A stretch of 64,000 nt of DNA from Antedon mediterranea. Taxonomy: Eukaryota > Animalia > Echinodermata. Numbering within the stretch: the stretch's first letter is position 1; each line of letters opens with the position of its first letter. Both the position numbers and the translations under genes were made by a program. The DNA lies in the NCBI RefSeq assembly GCF_964355755.1, contig NC_092671.1, positions 15,429,742-15,493,741 on the forward strand, read 5' to 3'. Below, in pieces: positions 44,896 through 58,850 of the stretch. The notes under the pieces were generated by a model. It saw only the letters and a list, made by a program, of their open reading frames with translations. It was not told the DNA's origin and made no database searches.

Positions 44896-47800
44896 ATATA
44901 CGGTATCCTATATTGTATCTTCTTCCCTTTGTTACTGTACTTCATTTGTTGGAGCCTAGGTGTGAAGTTTTAATTTATATAGGTTTCCTTCCACACATAC
45001 TATGTTTTATTAATTACTATCGAACGTGTTAATATAATTATTATGTTTATGTATTTTTAATATATTTGTGGAGAATATTATTGAATAAACAAATATCAAT
45101 ACATCTTGTTATTAAATTAGGAGGAGACTAGAAGTCTTTGTGTAACTGCAGTTTTAGTAATTCAATCCAGTCCAACTCAGATAACCCAGAAGAATTAAAT
45201 ACTAAAATACGCCATAAAAACCTGTAGGAATTGAAATCAATGGCATCAGAAAACAGTTTGTTGCCCCACTTATCCTCCTGTTCAATGCCTAAATCCTTTC
45301 CTGGCCTCAACTTGGCCAGAATTACCATACCTTAATGGGATGTTTATTCATCAGTTTCGCAAATACATTGTCAATCTGTAATAATCTGTCTTTTGGATGA
45401 TCATATGTTATTAGAATTGATTTGTAACCGAGATTTCCTTCAAATTGAAAATTGTCAACACCATTTTATAATCGTATTTCAGTTTACCTAGGAAAGAATA
45501 ATCTGCATATTTTTTTGCTATATTTTTTCATTTAGTTACATTTAGCACAGTATATGTAAAAAATCAAATAATATCATTATCACTGAAATTACTACTAAAT
45601 TGCACCTATTCAGTGGACACCTATTAAGAGCTGGCACTTTTCCATAAAGGAACAAGGGGAAATACACTTACTACTATACAGCCAACCAACTGTATTTTAA
45701 CTTGTTGATAATATTGTAGTTATGATAATAAACGCACACAACAAGAAAATAAATGCTAAATTATTATTAGATAATCTATAAACCAATTTAATAAAAAAAA
45801 ACACCCACACTCTTAACACGCTCTCCAATATCATTACACCAACGCACAATTAAACCCCCACGCTATTATATAGAAAATCGAAATATATTAGTAACCTGAT
45901 AGTATAAGATATTTCAACCACTTTAAATAATACGTAAATCTTTAAAAATATCACTCCTCCCATCAATTATTAGGTTGTAATGTAAATATTCCAGAGCTTC
46001 ACTGTGTATTTGTTGGTACTTTCTAGATATCATCAAAATGGGAAGTCAGTTAGGTACAAGCAAACCAGTTCATTCTCCAATTTCTATGTGTGTATTTGGA
46101 AATGTTTCATTGAATTTATTTTTTTATTCAATTTGAATTAATAGTCTTGTTTGTCTTCTATTATTTTAGTCATTAATAGGGTTTCCCTTGTATACAGGTT
46201 GGCTATAACATTAAAACATACACTGCCTTCATTCATTTCATAAGAAAGTGTCCCTTTAATAGAGGTGTCCCTTACATAGGGGTGTCCCGAAGGAGCGGTT
46301 CTGCTTCAGTTTAGAGTTCCCCCTAACAATTTTAAGGCCCTTGTTTGTTTCATATTCTAAATCTGAAATGTGTCTACTACTGTATAATACCTATCAGACT
46401 ATTAGTAGGCCCACTCTTTTAAATTAACTAAGATGGATTAAATCAATGTAGGGCCGGATACCAAGAGTCTATGCCCAGCCAACAACGAAGATTGACAACT
46501 TAACTTATATTAGCACAGGCTAAATTTCCAGTGTAATGCATTAGCAAATCTATCCCTCAAGCTAGCTCAGTCTGGAAATTGCGAAAGCATTCATGCAACT
46601 AGAAACAGCTTTTAACTAAACCACCAATTGATTTGTTTCCTTATTTGTTTTTGCAGATGAGACTAAGGTTGTTGAAAATGGTAATATTCAGACTTATTAT
46701 TCTATTCACGTTCGAAGAAATCATACAAAGCCGCTATTAGGCTAAATTGTTGATCGGAGCCATGAAACCTAGTCATATGACTATAGCAATGGACTTGTGA
46801 AGGTACTGAAACATTGAGAACAGACGTTTTCACCATACTACACTGATTATATTTATGTATAATCTATTTACAAGGTTAACTCTTCCTGCACAATATGCAT
46901 CCTGTTGCACTTTCTCTAAATGTCGTTTATGTTTACAGTGGTGGTATATTATGATCAGTCACCTGTTTGCGTCGGTGTACCACCATAGATGTAAACTTTG
47001 AACGATGTAGTTTGCATCCTCTTAAAACATAGGCAGCAAGAAACTTATTTCACATATGTAACGACAATGCAAGGTGTGAAAACAGACCTTAAATGCGTTA
47101 CATACACGTATAGCGACCCCAACTTGTGAAATTGCTCTGGTGTAAACCAGCTCTTACACACGTCAACCATAAAAAAATACTTATATATCATTCAAAGCGT
47201 GGCAGCGTGAACATGTGACACATGTTTTGTGTACGTACTGTATCAGCGTCAATACGTAGGAAAACACATGACCGTGCATGCGTGCATCAACAATTAAAAT
47301 GCCGCTAATGAAGCTTACAGTTCTTATGGCCAACATTCAAATATGTTTTGAACATGAAGATGTTGATAGATTATCTACTAAAATTCATAGATATTAGATC
47401 GAATTACCTAATGCCGGAAACATGTTAATTTCTGTAGGCGAGCTTTCTTTGAACTTGATTACCAAGTAAATCTCATTATTATTGTCAGCTACAACAATGA
47501 ACCTAAGTCCCATTCATATTGGACGTACACACATAAAATAATTTCTAACATCTAATGGGTTATGCTATTTTTCCATCTCCTTGGTAGAAAGGTTTAATCT
47601 CTCAATCTCATTGGTCCAAAATACAAATGCTAGTATTGTCAATTTATTAATGTCTTTATTTAATAATAATTAAATTTAAAATTTATTAATGTTATTATTC
47701 CTAATCATGCACCTTGCTCATTTTTAGAAGGCCTTTTTGAACGAGGCCCAAATTCACACAGTTATTTATACATTTGTTTTTTTTTTTGCTGTAATATGTT

Positions 47801-47904
47801 ATGTTTTTTGTCTCTGTGGCTGCATTGTATGATGTTAAATGTTGAATTTAAATAAATATATCTTGAATACATATAAATAAAAAAAATAATAAGCATGTCT
47901 TCTG

Positions 47905-48222
47905 TACCCTTACCCAGGTTTGTACACTTACCACCTTTGTACCCTGACCCTCTTTGTACACCTACCCCCTGTGTAACCTGACCCCTGTGTACCCTGATCC
48001 CTTTGTACCCTGATCCCCATGTACCTGACCCCCTTTTTACCCTGATCCATTTGTACCCTGACTCCTTTGTACCCGGACTCATTTGTACCCTGACCCCTTT
48101 GTGCCCTGACCCCATTGTACCCTGACCCCTTTGTACCCTGACCCTTTTGTACCCTGACCCCTTTGTACCTTGTCCGATTTGTACCATGACCCCTTTGTAC
48201 CCTGACCCCTTTTTTTGCGCAT
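47905..48222. repeat. 16-bp minisatellite (TTTGTACCCTGACCCC) x about 18
   Basis: Direct reading. It produces spurious minus-strand ORFs GQGTKGSGYKGVRVQRGQGT... in the ORF track. Confidence 0.75.
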
Positions 48223-48760
48223 ATTAAAAGAACATATGCGAACATATCCAAAAAGATTGATATTCATATAGCATTTAACTTGAGATTGTTTTGAAGAATA
48301 TCTTTATTTTTAGCAATGATATAATCAGAGTATACGGCTTAATGCATGACATGTCTGTTTGTAATTGAAAATAATGCGGTCACATTTAAGACCACTTCTG
48401 CCTTTAGGATTCCGACACAGTTAGTGACGTCATGAGAGACATTAAATTTCATGTATTGCGAATCTTTATACAACAAATCCATTAACTGCTCACTAAACTG
48501 CGAGGTTTTAGTGTATTTTTTATCTGCTTAATTAATATACATTTAGTTTGAACTCTGTTTGTACGTAACGTTATGGCTGTGAGATTACATCTCGCTGTTT
48601 ATTCACGTTTGTTGTTGAAGAATTACACTATAATGTACTGTTACCAACTTATGATTTGAACTTGCGCGATGGATTGAAAAGCCACTGTGCGTTCAAACTT
48701 CAATTGTATGACAACGGTTTTTTACATTTATACAAACAGTATTTTGACAAACATTAAGTA

Positions 48761-49013
48761 AAGCTCTGTCTACATTATCAAACTGATATGCCCAAATATG
48801 GTAGTGATATGCCCAAGTATGGTAGTGATATATTCATATTATTCATATTCATATTCATTTATTATCCAGAAAAAATAATACAAAAACAATACAAAAAGCA
48901 TATATAACATAGAACAACAACAAGCAGAGAAAAAGTGACATTATCATGTCCATAATGGGAAAATTACATTTTGTTGTTAGTCATATAAAGTTTGATAGTG
49001 TAGACATAGCTTT
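48761..49013. mobile_element. MITE family A copy with an internal insertion
   Basis: aaagctctgtctacattatcaaact ... aagtttgatagtgtagacatagcttt. Confidence 0.5.
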
Positions 49014-50689
49014 ATGCTATTTAAATGATTTTATGATTCGTGGGCGAATGTTTTTATTTGGGCAAACAGCCTCTTGCAACAACACAATAACTCTCCAGTA
49101 GTTCATCTCATAATTCCTATTATTCGTTATTTTCAATTTGGTAGATATTTAGAAAATCGGCAGTTATAGTACCGGCCGTATATCTATACAATTAAAGAGA
49201 GAGAATTTGTACATTGTTTTTTGTTATACAATTTTTGGCTATAATGACCAGAATTGTACTGGGGAGGTTTTAGAACATAGAGATACTATAATATCTCTAT
49301 GATTTGAACCACCTTGAAGGGTTTCATTTCTAGTTAAAAGGAATGATATGGTACTTAGCGTACCGTTACCCCATCAATTTGAATCTTACAATGGTCTACG
49401 TGTATCACTTTCAACGCAATGCTTTGGTATTAACATACTGATTATTAACAATATAATTATGTTAAAAGGAGTTGAAACGTATTTATTTCGATTTAACCGA
49501 TCGATAACTGCCAAGTCCTGTCGTTTGTAGAACGAAGGTTATATAGTTTCTTCGCATTTTGTTGATGAAAGTAGTAGTAGTTAGTAGCTAATCAAATGGC
49601 ATCGTCAATTCTCCAAGTGATACTCTTTCATCATTTAATGGACTGAGCATCTTGTGATCTTGAGCGTAGGCATACACTGTGGTCATAAGTAGCAAGTTAC
49701 ATTTAAAACTGTTACTATCAAATATATATTATATTGTACATGTTTCTATGTTATTATATTGGAAATCAAGGATGCATAACCTCTGATTTGGATGGAGCAA
49801 GAAAGATATTTCACATTCTTTCACAAAGCAAATTCACAAAACGGGTAGTAGGTATAGTGGAATAAAACTCCAGCCCTGTCCTGTCCTCTAAACATAGATG
49901 TCAACATTTTAATGGGACGATAAACCACGAGAGAGAGACTTGTTTTGTACGCATTCGTAGAACAATCTTGAATTGTTCGCGCCTTCCGTCCAAAACGAAA
50001 GGGAATAGTCCAGTGACACCACATACGTTGTTGACATCGCTCATTCTACTTCATATCGATTATGTGATAATCTAGTCGTAATGCATCTATATTAACAATT
50101 GTAATTTTAAAACAAACCGGATTCTCCTCCGTTAAACCTCTCCGAGATGAACTTGATTTTATTAGGTTGAAAGTTAATAGGTAATACAGAACTTTAGATC
50201 AGAAATAGCAAATATCCAATCCCTGTAACAACATACTAAGCACACGGTATCAACCTGTCTAAGAGATCAATTTTTAAAATCGTTCTTGCGTCATCGTATA
50301 TTCAATTGTAGTTTCAAATACCCACTCTCGTTTACATCTCAAATCTGCTATTCCTTTTAGAAGGTTTGATAAATTGCAATGACGATATAATTGTCTAGGT
50401 TTTGCAACATGACATTAAAAACACCAATAGCTGATTTGAAAACATCGAGACATAAGTATAAAAGTTGAAACAAAAAAGTATTAGCCATTGTCTTGAAATG
50501 TGCCTTAGTTTATACACCATAACAGAGTGTAGAAATGATTCCAAATAACGAGATACAAGCCATTATTCAGAGTTCCGATCTTTATTTGATCATCATCAGA
50601 AATTAACAATAATTCCAAAGGTTTATATCTCGTTTACATCATAGTACTGTAGTTATAATTGTCTGCCTTTGAAACGAAACGTTGAATCA

Positions 50690-51075
50690 TTGCTTGCCTC
50701 TCGTAAAGCGTGGTTCCCACTAACGACGCAACACGGGGACGTAACACAACGCAAGTGAATTGACCAATCACAAGCGATGGCTTATTCGCTTGTGATTGCT
50801 AAAGCTTGGTTCCCACTAGAACGTAACGCAAGGACGTAAACGCAACGCAAGTGAATTGACCAATCACAAGCGATGGCTTATTCGCTTGTGATTGCTAACT
50901 GTCTATAACTTCGCTTGTCATTGGTTAAAACGCTTGCGTTGCGTTTACGTCCTTGCGTTACGTTCTAGTGGGAACCACGCTTAACTGTCTATAAATTCGC
51001 TTGTCATTGGTTAAAACGCTTGCGTTGCGTTTACGTCCTTGCGTTACGTTTTAGTGGGAACCAAGCTTTAGTTGG
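50690..51075. repeat. Palindromic foldback, a dimer of a roughly 95-bp unit in A-A-A'-A' arrangement, with CCAAT/ATTGG cores (gaccaatcacaagcg...cgcttgtcattggtt)
   Basis: Two direct copies of the unit (50700-50806, 50807-50915) are followed by two reverse-complement copies (50900-50985, 50986-51070). A monomeric A-A' copy of the same family lies at 59828-60012. Confidence 0.6.
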
Positions 51076-51828
51076 AGTCAGTTTTATGCTATCCATAATA
51101 TAATAGAACTAACCCAACATTTTTCCTCTTTCTCTTCCTAAATTGCAAGTCCGATACTACCGCCGTTCGAGTTATGGAACCTTTTTACTGCCCTTTATCC
51201 ATTAGTCTATATTAGAATCATATTTGAGACTCCGTAAGATTTTGTTAAAAAATCGCATGATTAATATCATAAAACGGGTAATACCCGTCGACAGTGAGTA
51301 TGACTGAAGACGAATGAAAATGCAAATGCAACATTAATACCGTAATAAAAAGGGTAAAAACTATGGAAGTAGTTAAATATCATAAAATTTGGTATTTTTA
51401 TGACATCCGTAAATGTCAAAAATAGGTAAAAAAAGTTTTAAAATTTCACTTAAAATATATTATTAGAGCTAAAGACATTTTTTAGAAAACCTCTATATTT
51501 AGGGACAATATTCTGTGTTTTGAGGGGGTGTTTCTTCAGATAATCGTATGATATTTGTCTATTTACTGTATGAAACATGTTTGTTATGTTATATTTGATA
51601 CTATCGATAATGACTTAAGCAATATCAAAGCGCTTCGCAATATCAATGATACCAGTGTCATATAATGTATATAAATAAGATCATATATACCAATTATTAA
51701 TAAAGTATAATATATTAGCATTCTGTCATCATTCTCTCCTTAATTAAAATGGATTGTATTGGCGGCAGATATCAGTCTTTGAAATAAAAAAATACACGCG
51801 AATTGGACATTACGCGCTGCGACGTGGG

Positions 51829-52233
51829 CGTGAATGGTACAACGCGGTGCAGTAGGTGTCATGAGTATTGTGTTCAATTTGTATAGTTAAAGGAGATCGA
51901 ATTTGACTAGTTATTAAACCTATTCATCTTTCTCTTCCTCGCATACATTAATCTAGACAAAATGTTCTTGAAAAAACAACAAAATTGAATAGAATGAATA
52001 GAGGCCATATACGTTGAAGCCAAAAAAAGTCGTGAATGGTACAACGCGGTGCAGTAGGTGTCATGAGTATTGTGTTCAATTTGTATAGTTAAAGGAGATC
52101 GAATTTGACTAGTTATTAAACCTATTCATCTTTCTCTTCCTCGCATACATTAATCTAGACAAAATGTTCTTGAAAAAACAACAAAATTGAATAGAATGAA
52201 TAGAGGCCATATACGTTGAAGCCAAAAAAAGTC
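51829..52233. repeat. Tandem duplication, 2 x about 202 bp
   Basis: The block gtgaatggtacaacgcggtgcagtaggtgtcatgagtattgtgttcaatttgtatagttaaaggagatcgaatttgac...gccaaaaaaagtc occurs twice in tandem. Confidence 0.7.
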
Positions 52234-55200
52234 AAGAAAACAGTTTTCGTATATATAAAAGGTAAATTTGCACGCCCATGGGGAATAGACTTGCCCTAAG
52301 TCTGTAGTTATTTTATGTTTTTGATTTTGTCTGAAAATACGAGCTCAAGTAGTATACGTATGAAACGCCATATGTGCCAAAATAGTTATCATTTTACTAA
52401 TATTAAATAAACACTGCGTCTAGCAATGATTATATTAAACGTTAACCCGATCGGCCGGCGGTTTACAAAATATAGTTCTGTATGAAATATTGATACGTGA
52501 ATGTGTGCGAATAAATGTCTATTTATAGTTGGATTAATGAATATAAATGAACGCATGTATTATTTCATAAACATTTGATATTTTATAGATATTATTGCTA
52601 TAAATAACTTTTAAATTACTTCCCCCGCAACCGATGATGGAATCAGTATACCCTATAGATATCGATTTTAATTATGTGGAGGAGGAGTAGGAGAAAGAAG
52701 AGAAAGTTGAGGAGAAGCCAGTAATAATAACTAATTTTAGTAAAGAAAATATTATTTTATATATTATAATAAGAATAAGCAGTGGCAAAAATATGGTGTA
52801 TTAAGTATGACAGTATTATTTATGATGGTAGTGGTGTCAACGTTAGCAATATTAATAATGATGGTGATGATGATTGCTGACGTGCACAAGATAGTTTCGC
52901 ATCGTATATGTTTCCAAGAGCAGTGATAAACATTATTATTAATGCCTCTTTCACTAGAAGTATAGATAAATAGACTGGCTGATGAAGTTCTTTGTCAACA
53001 TTTCATATCCATTAAAAAAATACCAAATAACACCTGTAAGAACGAACTTTGCCTGCAGATGTGATCGCAAAACTAATGACGTCAGCAACATCTACGTCAA
53101 TATCTTAAATAATATTGATTTTGACGGTTTTTTACTCGAGATTGTTGTTTGAAGCAGTTCTCTTCTGATTTCTTATTGTCCTATTTTGAACTCTAATTTA
53201 TCAATTATGGTTGATTTAATTTTATCATTTTTTAATATTTCGTCGTAATGGTAGATTGTTGTTAAGCAAAATTAGGTTAGTTCAATCGAATTTACCATTC
53301 CTAGTACTTTAATATTTGAAACATTTAATTAATGTTATAATGATAATAAGATTGTTTATACATATTTTTAATTATGATACAGCATGAATTGTTGAATTTA
53401 GTGTCCATTTCCATTATATTTGATCATGTTATGTGTGTGTGTGTGACGAGAAAGAACTCCATCGCCCACGCGTTTGGTATATACTTTACAGTTTTTAGAA
53501 CCGCATAAATTCATGTACAAAATTATGAAAAACTAAATATAGTAAAGGTTAAAATATAAAAAAAACAAGTAGGGCTTTACATTTCATACCGTGTAATTAT
53601 GTCACCCTTAAGTGTCGTAAAGTTGTACGACACATCTGTTTTTAAATTGAAATTAGTCTATTTTCCGTGGTCTAATGGCAATGACTTTCATCGTTACGTA
53701 AGTTTCATTAAGTACTTATATAATACAATTACTATATCATTAAATAAAGATTGGTGTGATGTCAGTACCTCGGTCAACGAATTTTGTGCCGTTTAACAAG
53801 CTGATCGTCAAAACTCAGATGTGTGTTGTTTCTTGACGGATTATTCAAATGTCAAAACGGTTATTGAATCACACGATTCATAAGTATTTCGAAAAATGGA
53901 AGAAATGGATCGTATTATTGCGTTACGATTCAATGCATAGCGTTACATCTGAGTGAATTGCGTTACCGTTTAGTGGTTTTTATATTATACTGTAAGTACT
54001 CGTATAAGACGCTATAACTATTCTGTTTATTCTTATTTGGTCGTTGTGTAAGTGATACTTGGTATATTTAAAAATATTATTGAGAAGAATATTATAATAA
54101 TTCAATAAAATATTAACCATTTTAATCAAAATGTAGGGCAATTATATAGGCCTGCAAAGAATTATCGCTATGTAGGCGATAATTGTTGTTCACATCACCG
54201 TACCGTAATTAATAACAATATTAATATTCATCTTCATCTCTCACACGCGTTAGTCTCAACAATTCTAATACACATATGACGTAACAACGTGCGTAATGTT
54301 GTCAAAAATACTGATTAGATGGCAGTGAATATAAATAAATTGATTATTTACTGATATGGAAAATAATCAGTTACATTCGATCTGAGTGGATGAATCGCTA
54401 CATTGTCTCTTCAACAGTAAACATGAATTATCGTTTTAGCTCTGTAATATAAATTTTCTCTGTATACATGTTTGTTTTATCTAGATTTCAACACAATATC
54501 AAAATATTTTATATAATCTTTTAACCTCTGTCTGTGTAATGTCAGTTAAATATTCATTGATAAATAGATAGATAGACATATATACTGTAACCTTCACCAT
54601 ATTGTTTATCATTGCAATAAAAGTGGGTTGTCCCCACAAAAGAGAAAAAAAGTAAACATGAATTAAAAATCGATATTCATCCTAGGCCTATTAAATTACA
54701 AGTTAGTAGTGTTGATAATGTTAACTTTATTTATTTTAATTTTACTTTTATTGTTACATGTTTATGTCTTGTCATGATGTATTTCTGGAAAATATTTTTG
54801 AAATAAAATAAATCGAAGCGAAAAATAAATGAAACGAATTGCAATCAACCACAACCTTTTTTGTCGATCTAGATTTTCGTTAGAAAAGTCGATAAATGTA
54901 TTTCGGTCCTTCATGTGTTGTATTTATTTATATCTATCGTTATTTCTGATAGGTCTACAGTCAATACATTCAAGGAAGAGTGAGATTACTAATAAATTTC
55001 ACTCTTCCATAACAATCATACTTTTTTATAGGCCACGTCATCACCATTATATTACTTTAAATACTGTACTATACCGTAATTACACAAGTCGGTTATATTA
55101 TTTTATTTATTTTTTATTTATATTTGTATATAAATCCAAAGGCAAAATACTGAAAAATGACAATACTGTAGGTATCAGTCAAGTCAAGTCAAGTCAAGTA

Positions 55201-56033
55201 TCATTTATTATCATTTGTTTTAAGAAAAAACATAGAAATTCCATCAGTGGATGGATCTCAATGGAGATACAAAAAAAAGCGAAAATCCAAATCAAAACGA
55301 TAAAGTAAAACCGCCAGAAAAGGTAGCAGAGCTTTTGAGCAACACTAGCCCTTCATCAGTGAAATATATATAATTTGTTCAGTATTTTGCTTTTAGATTT
55401 ATATAAATATGTATAAATAGTTTTCGTGTCTTAATGAGCCCGCATTGGGTTTATTACATGTGTATATTTTAATCTCGCCTTACATGGTAACTCATTTTAT
55501 AGATATTTATGTTACATCAAATTGAATTGTTTGATTTCGTAGTTGGACAACGTTACGTATTATTATTGGCTGATTCAGTTTACTAAACTAAAAACTCAAT
55601 GTACATGTAATAATTAATCGTTGCCTAGAAACAGTCAGTCAGTCCATCTGATTGGCTTGAAGGACAAATTACCTTTCGAGCGCGTAACAAAATGATTTCG
55701 TTGTGACGTCATATTATGTTAAGTAAAGTGTGCGATTGACGCATCTAACGACTGAAAGGAACAGAAGAAAATCAGAATAGCAAAACAAGTCACATGCGAC
55801 GACGAATGAATGTTGGACGTCTAGGTAGATTACGGCAGCTCATTAGATAGATAGAAAGCAACGAACGAAGACGGGACACAAGACTTACAATAGGAAAGAT
55901 AAAGATACAAGAGATTCACTGGTTATAATATATAGGTGCCAAGTCCAACACAACGCTACAAAATAGGAATATTCATTGTCGTATACGTTCTTGTAAATAT
56001 TTGACGTTTGTAGCAAAAGAAACATTGACAACA

Positions 56034-56109
56034 TGTACCAAAGTGATGTGAAACGATTTATATGGATCTTGGTTTTAGTGGCAGTTACATACTCAGCACC
56101 GGCTCGTGG
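56034..56109 (+). CDS. Candidate first coding exon of an unidentified secreted-protein gene (signal peptide MYQSDVKRFIWILVLVAVTYSAPAR), followed by a GTACGT donor
   Basis: An ATG in a reasonable context (gacaacATGt) opens a textbook signal peptide: a charged n-region, a 12-residue hydrophobic core (FIWILVLVAVTY) and a c-region SAPA|R. It is followed immediately by the consensus donor GTACGT. About 330 bp of more GC-rich sequence sits upstream with a TGACGTCA CRE at about 55705. No downstream exons were identified before the window ends. Confidence 0.35.
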
Positions 56110-58189
56110 TACGTTCATATTTTCGGATAAACATATTTTTACATGTCATTTGTGTTTTTAAGCTCTTCCATGTATAATATTTACATGAATTTAGATAGCA
56201 TATATCGCTCACCATCCCTTTGTGGTCAAAACCACAGCGTAAACACGCCGCTTAAGCAATTGGATCCAACGGCTTAACGTATTTCTAAAGGACGCGGTAG
56301 TAGGTACTACCAACTGGGCGTAAAACCAATTTACACATATTTCTCGTGCACAATACTAGTAAAATGTATAGCTTTCATTTCCAAAGTTGTATAAACATCG
56401 TATGAGAATAATGTCTATGGTGCTATGATAATTTTAATATATACGATGTAATGTAACATTGTAATAATTTAACTGATATGACTTGGTGTTTATTGTTAAA
56501 CTCGTGGTATGCTAAATGATACAATAATAAGCGACGGTAATAAATTGATTTAATAAATAATAATAATAATAATAATAATAATTTATTTGGAAAACGCTTT
56601 TTGAACAGCGGCACACATAATAATGGTGCATCCTTAAAACAATTAAACATACAATATAAAAATATATGAGTATAAAAATAAAGATAGACTAGATTAAAAC
56701 TGTATTTTAAAGATTAAAAACTGTATTTTAAAGATATGTTGTCCCTCTTAAAAAAATAATGTTTTTGTTGAGTATGCCATTCTAACAGTTATTCACTTTG
56801 ACCAAAAACTGGATCGAAAAAAATATATTTACATGAAAAAAATTTAATTAAAAGCAAAAAATACTTAAATTGTCTGTCATACAGTGGTTTTTTGGTTAAA
56901 ATTAACCGTTTCTTTTGTCTTTTTATTATACTTATTTGTTTTCTACAGAAGTGAGTAACCGCAAAATGGTCTATTTAAAGTCTGATTTTATTTATCTTCA
57001 TTGTTCCTGTTTTTGGGGACAATACATTTTAAATGTAGATGTATAATGTTATCATAGACTATATTGTTATGTTTCCACAATAATAAATTATTTATTTTTC
57101 TTGAAGGGATATAATATGTTAATTTCACCCCTATACATTAATTATGACAATCGATCTTAATAAATTATTATTTAAATAACCACAAACCGGATAATGGTAT
57201 TTGGATGTTTAATATTAATATAATAATATAATACAACATTTATAAATATCTCCCATTGAAGTACTTAAAATTATCTTTAACCCAATCTTTAGAAATGTAT
57301 TCATTTTTGTTTTTAAATAGAAGCTTTAGATATAAACTGTTATTTAAAATGAAATTTAAAACGAGGTAATGAATCACAATTTCCATCTTGTCGTCGGTTC
57401 AATTGTGTCCAATGCCTCATATTAATATTTGTTGTTTTGTGTTCGAACAACGGTTTGAACAAATAATGTAGACATAAATAATTTCAAGATAAAGATCATA
57501 TCCTCTTAGTATATTTATTGATTGTTTTGCGAGCCTGCGAGGTAATTTGTCTTCGCTTGTTTAATAGAAGTACATTATTACATTTAGGCGTTAATCAAGT
57601 CGGAATTGATGTACGCATTTATGAAAATGCATTTGAAAAGATAATATGTACCTTAGCTCTGGGGGTTGCTAGGTTATGTGTTGCAGATAATGAGAGATGT
57701 TTTCTTCATGTGTTTTATACCATGAATATTAAAAGTACATCATCATTCAAATGTAAATAATTCAACGTTCGGCTAGCTTGCATTATGTCTAAACCTTGGC
57801 GCGATAAAAATTGTTACATTTTTTGTACGCACTTGTTACCTTTTATAATATAATGCAACTGACTAGACATGCTTCAATAACTTGATAATTAGCGCTTAAA
57901 ACGCGTAGAATTGCGTATAACGGTAGCCTAATCACGGTATACAAAATGGCATTGAAACGAATTCGTATGGAAATTTATTGATGTAAGTCACGTCACGTAT
58001 TAACGACAAGTATTCCATCTTTTCAACACGTGCATTCTCTGTGTTAATGATTCTTATATCACAACGTACAACAGCCATGACCTGTAATAATATTTAATTC
58101 CTTTATTTAATCTATAATTATATGCGCTGCTGGCGTTTTGTAATTTTATTCTGTTTGGAAAAGGCCTCCTACTACTACAATGTATACGT

Positions 58190-58850
58190 ATCTTAATTAT
58201 TGTCAATACCACAATCACAACCATCAATTCCGTCATCGTTATCTTAATCATTTTCAATATCACCATCACAACCATCATCTTCCGTCATCGTTATCTTAAT
58301 CATTGTCAATATCACCATCACAACCATCATCTTCCGTCATCGTTATCTTAATCATTTTCAATATCACCATCACAACCATCATCTTCCGTCATCGTTATCT
58401 TAATCATTATCAATATCACTATCACAACCATCAACTTCCGTCATCGTTATCTTAATCATTGTCAGTATCACTATCACAACCATCATCTTCCTTCATCGTT
58501 ATCTTAATCATTGTCAATATCACCATCACAACCAACATCTTCCTTCATCGTTATCTTAATCATTGTCAATATCACCATCACAACCATCATCTTCCGTCAT
58601 CGTTATCTTAATCATTATCAATATCACTATCACAACGATCATCTTCCTTCATCGTTATCTTAATCATTGTCAATATCACCACCACAACCATCATCTTCCT
58701 TCACCGTTATCTTAATCAATGTCAATATCACAATCACAACCATCATTTTCCTTCATCGTTATCTTAATCATTATCAATATCACCACCACAGCCACCATCT
58801 TCCTTCATCGTTAGCTTAATCAATGTCAGTATCACCATCACTAACATCAT
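58190..58850. repeat. Satellite array, about 51-bp unit (atcaccatcacaaccatcatcttccgtcatcgttatcttaatcattgtcaat) x about 13
   Basis: Direct reading. The units differ by a few substitutions. This is not a CRISPR array: there are no unique spacers, and this is a eukaryote. Confidence 0.75.

Noticed and set aside
47762-48267. Three overlapping minus-strand ORFs (61-141 aa) with a glycine/lysine-rich repetitive translation GQGTKGSGYKGVRVQRGQGT...
   Set aside because: They are simply the translation of the 16-bp minisatellite TTTGTACCCTGACCCC. They have no start context and no splice signals, and they change frame with the repeat.
54829-55308. Longest ORF in the track (159 aa, + strand)
   Set aside because: It lies in extremely AT-rich low-complexity sequence with an isoleucine/leucine/phenylalanine/tyrosine-dominated translation. 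It has no similarity to any protein family, and it includes a (GTCAA)n microsatellite.
58190-58850. Regular direct-repeat array that could be mistaken for a CRISPR array
   Set aside because: This is a eukaryotic locus. All units, including what would be the spacers, are near-identical, there are no cas genes, and the structure is a 51-bp satellite.
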